From Chloroherpetonaceae bacterium (GTDB lineage Bacteria > Bacteroidota > Chlorobiia > Chlorobiales > Thermochlorobacteraceae): a stretch of DNA of 64,000 nucleotides. A model generated the notes under the pieces. The model ran no database searches, was not told the DNA's origin, and was given only the letters and a program-made list of their open reading frames with translations. Made by a program: the position numbers and the translations under genes. Of this stretch, positions 56,398 to 64,000 are shown in pieces; position 1 is the stretch's first letter; each line of letters starts with the position of its first letter. The stretch is taken from NCBI GenBank assembly GCA_046719715.1, contig JBDNCJ010000002.1, forward strand, positions 17,646 to 81,645, in the 5' to 3' direction.

Positions 56398-57496
56398 TTA
56401 ATCCCCGAACTCCATCAGGTAGCGTTCGATGAAATCGTCGATGTCGCCGTCCAGTACGGCTTCTACATCAAAGCGTTCATAATTCGTGCGATGGTCTTTG
56501 ACGCGACGGTCATCGAGGACATAACTACGAATTTGCGAGCCCCATTCGATTTTTCGTTTTTTGCCTTCGATTTCACGTTTTTTGGTTTCTTCTTCTTCGC
56601 GTCGTCTTTGGTAGAGTTGAGAGCGTAGCATTTTAAGCGCGCGCTCTTTGTTTTGGAATTGAGAGCGTTCTTGCTGACAGGCAACGACAATTCCGGTGGG
56701 AATATGCGTAATGCGAACAGCTGTTTCGACTTTATTGACATTCTGCCCGCCTTTGCCGCCGCTTCGGAAGGTGTCGACTTGGAGGTCGTCTTTACGGATT
56801 TCAATATCTACATCGGGCGGGGCTTCAGGGTACGCAAAGACACTGGCAAAAGACGTGTGCCGACGTGCATTGGCATCGAAAGGCGAAACGCGCACCAATC
56901 GGTGGACGCCGTTTTCGGCTTTCAAGTAGCCATAAGCATAGTCGCCTTGAATTTCGAGCGTGGCGGTTTTAATGCCTGCGCCTTCGCCCTCTTGGTAATC
57001 GTCGGTATAGACCTTGAAGCCTTTGCGTTCTGCCCAGCGCATATACATTCGGTAAAGCATTTCTGCCCAGTCTTGCGCTTCGGTGCCGCCTGCGCCCGCG
57101 TGAATGGTGATGATGGCGTTGCGCTTATCGTCTTCTCCTGAAAGCATATTTCGGAATTCGAGCGACGCGATTTCTTTTTCCAACGCGCCGAGATTTTTCT
57201 GCGCATCGCTTAAATAACTTTCTTCGCCAAGTTCTTCGGCGACGTCCATTGATTCTTTTTCGCCGTTCAATTTCGCTTCGAGCGTTTTGTAGGACTCCGT
57301 CCAAGATTTCATTTCGGCGATTTCTTTGAGGATTTTCTGGGCGGCGGTGGTGTCGCTCCAGAAATCGTCGGCGGTCGTTTTGGCTTCAAGTGCAGAAATG
57401 GTGTCGAGTTTCTTATCGATGTCAAAGAAACCTCCGCAGTTGGTTTAATCTTTCGGAGAGCGTGGTGAGTTTTTCGCGTTCAAGGTCAAATATCAT
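56398..57496 (-). CDS. prfB: Peptide chain release factor 2 with programmed +1 frameshift
   Basis: MIFDLE...LRRFL followed by GGAGG-TTT-CTT-TGA-C slippery site at 57421-57435; SPF and GGQ motifs in the +1 frame. Confidence 0.97.
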
Positions 57497-57568
57497 GGTG
57501 ATGCGATTTTGATTTAAGTTGTTTGATTGACAAAAGAGAGATGATTTTATGCGACGCGAATATACATA

Positions 57569-57596
57569 AAAAGAAAGGCGAGTCTGTCGCTCGCCC
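57569..57596 (-). terminator. Probable terminator after VWA lipoprotein gene
   Basis: GGCGAG-loop-CTCGCC with an A-rich run on the plus strand. Confidence 0.45.
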
Positions 57597-57654
57597 CTCT
57601 CTGTTACTTGCTGTTCTCCATGTGCGCGCTTGATGGAGTCGCGCAAATACGCGG

Positions 57655-58773
57655 TCAGTAGGTTACGTTTTCGTATCGCGTTTCGCCGTCCGCCGTGCTG
57701 GTTTTGACAGTAATTTTCAAGTTGTGTGCGATGTTCGGATTTGCGCTCAGGAATTCGACCAGCCAACTATTTTGCAGTGCGACGGTAACGGGCAAGTTGG
57801 TCAAATCGAGGTCTCGTGCGTCGGATCGAATCACTTTCAGCGTGCCGCCCGTTCCGAAGGAAAGCCGCCATGGTTTTTCGCGTGAAAGCGGGGTTTCGGT
57901 TCCGAAGTTCGTCGTGTCGCCGCCGCTCCAAACGGTGTGAATTGTTCCGCGTTGATTGTTCCAACTGTCCAAAAAGCCGTTGGTGGAATACCACACGCGC
58001 TGTCCGGGTTGAGTCGGCTCGTCAGTGAAATTGATATAGACGCGCTGCGCGCCTTGTCGCCAAGCATAGAGCGAATCGGCGAAGCGAATTGCGACGATGC
58101 CGTTTTCGCCAAAGACACCAGCATTTTGACCTTGCGCCGCTTGTTGAAGGGCTTGGGCATCTGCTCCGCCAAAGCCTACCGTGCGACTGGTGCCGGTGAA
58201 TCCGGGGCGGTTGAGATACGTGCGCAAACTTTCTGGGGCAGTTAAGTTCAACGCACCGGTTACGGGACCGTTGTAGCCGACGCACCCAACGCGTACATTT
58301 AACCCCGACGCTTGCAATGCATTGGCAAACGTAATGATTTTGGCGGCGATGGTATCGGCTTCCTCGAACATGCTCCCTGAATTATCGACCACAAAAACGA
58401 CGTCGGCACCGAGCGAATTGCCTGCGCTCACGCGCGTCAGTTTAACGCCTTTGAGTGTGTTGTCTTCGGTTACATAAATGTTTTGATTGCCCGAAAATTC
58501 AATCGGCTGTCCTGTAGCAGGATTGATAATGCCCAAAAGCGAGATTCGGATTCGACTTAGATTTCCAGCAGTCTTTGCAAATGTCGCCGCTGGGCGGACG
58601 TTGTTGAGTGTCGGCACAGGCGCGCTTCCTCCGGGGTCTGGGGGAATGTCGCTGTTTGTACCGCCGCCGTCGGCGGGATTCTCTTCTTTGCAGGCATAAA
58701 AGACGACGCTCGTCAGCAGCAAGAGCAGCATGAATACTCTTTTGAATACATTTCTACTTTCAACCTGTTTCAT
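57655..58773 (-). CDS. VWA-domain lipoprotein
   Basis: Lipobox FYA-C-KEEN; MIDAS DNSGSM and FTDE. Confidence 0.85.
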   Translation of the reverse strand: MKQVESRNVFKRVFMLLLLLTSVVFYACKEENPADGGGTNSDIPPDPGGSAPVPTLNNVRPAATFAKTAGNLSRIRISLLGIINPATGQPIEFSGNQNIYVTEDNTLKGVKLTRVSAGNSLGADVVFVVDNSGSMFEEADTIAAKIITFANALQASGLNVRVGCVGYNGPVTGALNLTAPESLRTYLNRPGFTGTSRTVGFGGADAQALQQAAQGQNAGVFGENGIVAIRFADSLYAWRQGAQRVYINFTDEPTQPGQRVWYSTNGFLDSWNNQRGTIHTVWSGGDTTNFGTETPLSREKPWRLSFGTGGTLKVIRSDARDLDLTNLPVTVALQNSWLVEFLSANPNIAHNLKITVKTSTADGETRYENVTY

Positions 58774-59075
58774 TTTTCATTTGTGGATAAATGTTAATGG
58801 TAAATACCGCCCACGCCATTTGTGAGCCCTCATAGATGTCGACAAACTTTATGCCAGAAAAGTGCTTGATTTTAAGCAACTGTGCGACCCACTGTTTGCT
58901 TTCAGCGACGCTGTTGAGAAAACCCCGTCGCAATTCTGCGACAGAAGGTTGTGCGGCGCATTCTTCGTTTGACGCAACATTCAACGGCGTTGCCGAAATT
59001 CTCCGTCGATTTTGATACCTTTGCAAGTTTTCCGTTGAACTTGTTTTGACGGGGAAAAGAAGTTTTTCTTTGACT

Positions 59076-61160
59076 ATGAACACATCCGACCGTTCTCGAA
59101 GGTTGCCACTTTCGCCCGAATCGCAACAAGGCGTCAAGGTGATGGTGGTCACTTCGGTGATGCTTTCCTTCATTTCGTTTTGGCGTGCCGCCGCCATTGT
59201 TTTAAGCGACCTTGCCTCGACGGCTTACTACATCGGCGGCATCACGGAGCGGGCGATTGGCGAAGCGGCGCCGTATTTCATTTTGAGCGTGATGATTTTC
59301 GCATATGCAGTTCGGCTGGTGTATATCGAGTCGTGCTCGATGTTCACGCGGGGCGGGGTGTATCGTGTGGTGCGCAGTTCGCTCGGCGAAAAATTTGCCA
59401 AAGTCGCCGTTTCCGCCCTCATGTTTGATTACATTCTGACAGGTCCGATTAGTTCGGTTTCCGCAGGTCAGTATCTCGTCGGGTTGCTCAACAGTCTTTC
59501 GGCTGAGTTCCAACTCGGCATTACACTTCCCGTCAATTTTTCCGCGCAGGTTATCGCCATTTGCATTGTGCTCTACTTTTGGCGCGTCAATACCAAAGGC
59601 ATGAGCGAATCGTCAGAAAACGCCCTACGCATTATGCAAATCACATCTGTGATGATTGTCATCATGCTGATTTGGTGCGGGATTACGCTCTACGAGCGCG
59701 GGTTTAATCTTCCCAAATTCACGATTCAATTCAATGAAGAATCGCTGGGATTTCTGACGCATTTTCACTTAGGTGAACAACTTTTGTCGGGTGAAGTTTT
59801 AGGCACGATTGGAATTTTGATTGCACTCGGACACTCGATGCTGGCGATGTCGGGCGAAGAGTCGCTGGCGCAAGTCTATCGCGAAATCGAAGCCCCCAAA
59901 CTGCGCAATCTCAAACTGGCGGGCTTCGTCATTTTTGTTGTGAGTATCACTTTTACCGGTGCGTTCTCGTTTCTTGCGGTGATGATTATTCCCGATGAAG
60001 TGCGCATCTCCCAATATGCCGATAATTTGCTTGCAGGATTGGCGATGAATGTCGTCGGTCCTGATGAAGTCAAACTCGGGTTGCAAGCCTTCGTTGTCGT
60101 CGTTGGATTTTTGATTTTGTCGGGCGCGGTGAATACGTCCTTCGTGGGAGCAAACGGCGTGCTCAATCGCGTGGCGGAAGACGGCATTTTGGCGGATTGG
60201 TTTCGCGAACCACACAAGCAGTTCGGAACAACGTATCGAGTGATTAACTTGATTACAGTGTTTCAACTCACTACGATTTTGCTTAGCGGTGGCAATGTCT
60301 ATTTGCTCGGTGAAGCCTACGCCTTTGGCGTGATTTGGAGTTTTGTATTCAACACTTTTTCTATGATGGTTCTTCGCTTCAAAGATAGGCGACCGCGACG
60401 ATTCAAAGTGCCGCTAAACTTTAAGATCAATCGCGTTGAGTTCCCTATCGGCATTTTGCTGGTGCTGATGGTTTTAGTCAGTGTTGCCGTGATTAATCTG
60501 TTTACAAAATCGGTGGCAACGGTTTCAGGGATTTTGTTCACGCTGTTTTTTCTTTTGCTCTTTAGCGTTTCAGAGCGTCTGAATCAACGCGCCAAAGAAG
60601 CCCACAAACGCGCCCGTTCCAAAGACGCACTCTCGCTCGAAGAACTTCAGAAGTTGGAAAAGTTCAATCAAGAAATCGGGCTGAAAATTACGCCCGAAGA
60701 AATCGGATCCGAAAAGCCGAAACGGGTTTTGGTGGCAGTAAAAAATCGAGCGAATCTCGAGCATCTCTTGAACTGCTTGGAAAATATCGATACCGACGAA
60801 GTCGATGTGGTTGTCATGCGCGTGCGTATCTTGAACCCGAAAAACGGGCAACTCTTTGACACCGATATGCTTCGCGATGAACGGCGGCTTTTTACCGACG
60901 TCGTCAATCTCGCCGAAGACATCGGCAAGCCCGTAATTCCATTGATTGTGCCGGGCTACAACGCGTTTTACAGCATCGTCAATACCGCCAAAGAACTCGG
61001 CGCCTCGCACGTGTATATGGGTGAATCCCAAGAGTTCAGCATGGAAACCCAGCTCGAGGAACTCGCGATGATTTGGGGTTATGAACGCAAAGACGAAAAA
61101 GAAAAAATGACTTTTCGCGTTTTCGCCGATGAAAAAAATAAAGTAGAAGTTGAGCTCTAA
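59076..61160 (+). CDS. APC-family permease with cytoplasmic USP-like C-terminal domain
   Basis: About 12 TM segments, GGVY, SGEES, LSGAVNT; soluble C-terminal alpha/beta domain. Confidence 0.85.
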   Translation: MNTSDRSRRLPLSPESQQGVKVMVVTSVMLSFISFWRAAAIVLSDLASTAYYIGGITERAIGEAAPYFILSVMIFAYAVRLVYIESCSMFTRGGVYRVVRSSLGEKFAKVAVSALMFDYILTGPISSVSAGQYLVGLLNSLSAEFQLGITLPVNFSAQVIAICIVLYFWRVNTKGMSESSENALRIMQITSVMIVIMLIWCGITLYERGFNLPKFTIQFNEESLGFLTHFHLGEQLLSGEVLGTIGILIALGHSMLAMSGEESLAQVYREIEAPKLRNLKLAGFVIFVVSITFTGAFSFLAVMIIPDEVRISQYADNLLAGLAMNVVGPDEVKLGLQAFVVVVGFLILSGAVNTSFVGANGVLNRVAEDGILADWFREPHKQFGTTYRVINLITVFQLTTILLSGGNVYLLGEAYAFGVIWSFVFNTFSMMVLRFKDRRPRRFKVPLNFKINRVEFPIGILLVLMVLVSVAVINLFTKSVATVSGILFTLFFLLLFSVSERLNQRAKEAHKRARSKDALSLEELQKLEKFNQEIGLKITPEEIGSEKPKRVLVAVKNRANLEHLLNCLENIDTDEVDVVVMRVRILNPKNGQLFDTDMLRDERRLFTDVVNLAEDIGKPVIPLIVPGYNAFYSIVNTAKELGASHVYMGESQEFSMETQLEELAMIWGYERKDEKEKMTFRVFADEKNKVEVEL

Positions 61161-61173
61161 ACCATTTGCAACG

Positions 61174-61614
61174 ATGACGAACAAATATGCCTCACTTTTG
61201 AGGCAATACGATTTCAAAGTAACGCACGCGCGCGTCAAAGTGCTTGAACAACTTGAACACGCCTCCAAACCTTTGACGGCGCAAGAACTTCACGAGGAAC
61301 TTGCCGATGCGAAAATGGATTTGGCGACGGTCTATCGCTCGCTCAACAAATTCGCTGACGCTGGTTTGATTTCTCGCGTCCAACTTGGCGATGAATTCGA
61401 CCGTTTTGAGCTTGTCAAACATCATCATCATCATATCGTTTGCAATTCGTGTGGCAAAGTTCAAGAAATTGCACTCTGCAACTTGGACATGCTCTCACAA
61501 GCGATTGCCCAAAAGACAGGCTTTCGCAACATCGCTCATCAGGTTGTCTTTCGCGGCGACTGCCAAGAGTGCGCCGCCGACCCAAAATCGTCAAAGTCTG
61601 AATCGAGGTCATGA
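61174..61614 (+). CDS. Fur-family transcriptional regulator
   Basis: [26 protein letters not shown]. Confidence 0.92.
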   Translation: MTNKYASLLRQYDFKVTHARVKVLEQLEHASKPLTAQELHEELADAKMDLATVYRSLNKFADAGLISRVQLGDEFDRFELVKHHHHHIVCNSCGKVQEIALCNLDMLSQAIAQKTGFRNIAHQVVFRGDCQECAADPKSSKSESRS

Positions 61615-62558
61615 AGAAAACCCTCGTCGTTATCGGCACGCGCAAAAGCCCGCTCGCGCTCTGGCAGGCGGAATTCGTCAAAGCCGAACTTCAACGACAT
61701 TTCCCCACCCTTGACTTTTCGCTTCACCACATTCAAACCACAGGCGATAAAATTTTAGATTCCCCTCTTTCAAAAATCGGCGACAAAGGACTCTTCACGC
61801 GCGAAATCGAACACGCCTTGCTTCGCGGCGACATCGACCTTGCCGTTCATAGCCTCAAAGACCTTCCAACACAAACGCCCGACGGACTTGCCATTTCTGC
61901 CATTACCAAACGCGAAGACACGCGCGACGTGCTCATCGCCAAACGTCCAACAACTTTACTCACGCTTCCGAAAGGCGCGAAAATTGCAACGGGCAGTTTG
62001 CGTCGGCGCTCACAAGTGCTTGCACTTCGTCCCGACCTTCAAATCCACGACATTCGCGGCAACCTCAACACGCGCTTCAAGAAATTTTTTGACAGCGATT
62101 TTGACGCCATGCTACTTGCCTACGCTGGCGTTCACCGATTAGGCATGGACGCTCATATCTCCGAACTGCTTTCGCATGAACTTGTTCTGCCCGCTGTTGG
62201 ACAAGGCGCACTCGCCATTGAAACCCGCAACAACGACCCCGACATCATCAGCATGGTCGAGCGGCTCAACGACCATGAAACGGAACTTGCCACCAAAGCC
62301 GAGCGCAGTTTGCTTCGCACGCTCGAAGGCGGTTGTCAAATTCCCATCGGCGCATTTGGAGCATTTGAAACCGGTCAATTCACGCTTTCCGCTTTCGTTG
62401 GCTCGCTCGATGGCAAAGAGACGCTTCGTCAAACTCTTGTCAAATCAAACGTTACTTGCATTTCAGATGCCGAAACCGCAGGCATTGAACTGGCTGAACG
62501 TTTGCGTGAAAACGGGTGCGACAACATTTTGAACACAATTCGCAACGCCTCATCTTAG
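61611..62558 (+). CDS. hemC: Hydroxymethylbilane synthase (porphobilinogen deaminase)
   Basis: [45 protein letters not shown]. Confidence 0.97.
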   Translation: MKKTLVVIGTRKSPLALWQAEFVKAELQRHFPTLDFSLHHIQTTGDKILDSPLSKIGDKGLFTREIEHALLRGDIDLAVHSLKDLPTQTPDGLAISAITKREDTRDVLIAKRPTTLLTLPKGAKIATGSLRRRSQVLALRPDLQIHDIRGNLNTRFKKFFDSDFDAMLLAYAGVHRLGMDAHISELLSHELVLPAVGQGALAIETRNNDPDIISMVERLNDHETELATKAERSLLRTLEGGCQIPIGAFGAFETGQFTLSAFVGSLDGKETLRQTLVKSNVTCISDAETAGIELAERLRENGCDNILNTIRNASS

Positions 62559-62601
62559 CGCTCGATATATTCGTGTTCTAAAATTCAAAATCACTCTCAC
62601 G

Positions 62602-63555
62602 ATGACTGAACTCGAAATTCAACACCTGCTCGATTCGGCGCATGAACACATGCGTAACAACGCTCTCAAACTTTCTCAATCCTTGTTTAGCGAGGCGCTT
62701 ACAGCCATTTCCACATTGCCCGACTCCTTGACCCAAAAGAACCTTTTCATTCGTACATACTCAGGACTTTCATTCTGCCTTTCGCGCGCTTCTGAATTTG
62801 TGGAAGCCGAAGAAACCGCCGCCCGCGCCGTCGCCCTCTTAGGCGACACAACCCCTTACGACCTTCAATGCAACGCTTATTACTTTTTTGCACTCGCCAA
62901 GTATTACCTCTCTCAATTTTCCGACGCGCTCCCGCTTCTTCAAAAAAGCTACGCACTCGCCGAAGCCAATGGCGACGACAAACTGCTTGGACGCGCCGCA
63001 AACACCATCGCCAACATCTTTTTCAACTTGGGCGACTACCACAAAGCGACGGAGTTTTATCAAATCAGTCTATCACACATGCGCCGCATCGACAATCAAT
63101 CGGGAATTGCGATGGCACTCAACAACATTGGCGTCGTTTTTCGCACCACTCACGACCTCAAAGCCGCGCTTGAAGTGCAAATGGAAAGCTTAAACATTCG
63201 CCGCCACATCAACGAGACGAGCGGCATCGCCATGTCGCTCAACAACATCGCCAACATTTACTCCGATATGTCCGACCATGAAACCGCATTAGCATTCGCC
63301 AAAGAAAGCCTTTCCATTCATGAACACTTGAACGACGACTATGGCACCGCTCTTTCCCTGAACATCGTTGCGCGATGCCTCAAACATTTAGGCGACACTC
63401 ACATCGCGTTCAACTATCATTGGCAAAGTTTGCTCCTTCGTTTGAAAATCAAAGACCGCTTCGGAGAAATTCTCTCATATTTGGATTTGGGAGAACTGTA
63501 TGCGAAAAATCCCTCGCTCCCGTGCCGCTTTCCGCCTGAGCCTTCCGCCGATTAA
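62602..63555 (+). CDS. TPR-repeat protein (MalT-like TPR)
   Basis: Repeated A..LNNIG/A..Y...D...AL.....SL.I units. Confidence 0.8.
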   Translation: MTELEIQHLLDSAHEHMRNNALKLSQSLFSEALTAISTLPDSLTQKNLFIRTYSGLSFCLSRASEFVEAEETAARAVALLGDTTPYDLQCNAYYFFALAKYYLSQFSDALPLLQKSYALAEANGDDKLLGRAANTIANIFFNLGDYHKATEFYQISLSHMRRIDNQSGIAMALNNIGVVFRTTHDLKAALEVQMESLNIRRHINETSGIAMSLNNIANIYSDMSDHETALAFAKESLSIHEHLNDDYGTALSLNIVARCLKHLGDTHIAFNYHWQSLLLRLKIKDRFGEILSYLDLGELYAKNPSLPCRFPPEPSAD

Positions 63556-63571
63556 CACACATGATTCGGTA

Positions 63572-63670
63572 GTGAAGAATCCAAAGCCGTGAATCGTGGA
63601 TAGGTGTAGATGCTCAACTTTCATCTTTTAACTCTCAACTGCTCGGATTCCTCGCGTCGCTCGGAATGAC
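63572..63670. repeat. REP-like palindromic element, copy D
   Basis: GTGAAGAATCC...CATCTTTTAACTCTCAACT...GGATTCCTCGCGTCGCTCGGAATGAC. Confidence 0.75.
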
Positions 63671-63888
63671 CACGATACAATGACGTCGCTGTTTAGCCAC
63701 TTCATACTTAATTCTGTCTCGCTGTTTATCTCTGGGATTTTGTTTGGGAAAGCGCGTATTTTTTTACGATATTCATGCATCACACTTAATTCACGACGAC
63801 TTACGTTTTTGTTGCGCAAAATAGGCTTTTTGAACGGACTTTTTGATTCGGCGGGCAAATTCAACCACATCTTATTTTCATTCCATAA

Positions 63889-64000
63889 ATGAGCATTGAA
63901 GGCGGTTACTTTGAAAACGACGGCGGAGAAAACCTCCAACCTGAAAAGTCGCGTCAGTGGCGCAAAGTGAAAAAAATCGTCGATAGCGGTGAACTTTCAT
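63889..64000 (+). CDS. 5' end of a possible gene running off the window
   Basis: ATG 63889 opens MSIEGGYFENDGGENLQPEKSRQWRKVKKIVDSGELS with no stop before the window end. Confidence 0.45.
   Translation, partial: MSIEGGYFENDGGENLQPEKSRQWRKVKKIVDSGELS

Noticed and set aside
57422-57766. 114-aa ORF as an independent gene
   Set aside because: Only its last 24 codons are real (prfB frame 0); the rest overlaps the VWA gene end and a terminator.
63628-63939. 103-aa minus-strand and 70-aa plus-strand ORFs near the window end
   Set aside because: They span a REP-like element or AT-rich promoter-like DNA and show no protein-like features.

Overview
Mostly core-chromosome DNA of a chlorophototrophic member of the Chlorobi. 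The evidence is a solitary bchY, bshA, a T9SS-type C-terminal domain and Bacteroidota/Chlorobiota-type TAnnTTTG promoter elements. O2-linked or heterotrophic genes (thiO, fused E1 2-oxoacid dehydrogenase, an aldehyde/alcohol dehydrogenase cluster, a secreted amylase) point by inference to a Chloroherpetonaceae/Thermochlorobacter-like lineage. Housekeeping genes include gltB, tRNA-Val(TAC), purQ, thiO/thiS, hisF, lon, lpxK, gatC, prfB (with +1 frameshift) and hemC. Best candidate for a new system: a compact metal locus at 3.7-5.5 kb. It consists of a Cys-rich leader ORF ending in an SPP motif, a long hairpin linking that ORF's last codons to the initiation region of the next gene, an unannotated 57-aa signal-peptide-bearing metallothionein-like peptide (12 Cys in 28 residues), a YHS lipoprotein and an HMA-membrane protein. 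Other notable features: four Rpn/DUF2887 nuclease genes, each with an internal SD+ATG for a nested small C-terminal protein, three of them in a tandem array whose middle copy is a chimera; an IS4/IS50-type element in a hairpin repeat with non-matching palindromic 9-bp flanks; a ClpB ending cleanly after its first AAA module; a class II aldolase with an encapsulation-peptide-like tail; and a dispersed REP-like repeat family. No CRISPR array or rRNA was seen. All family assignments come from motif recognition by eye, not from database searches.
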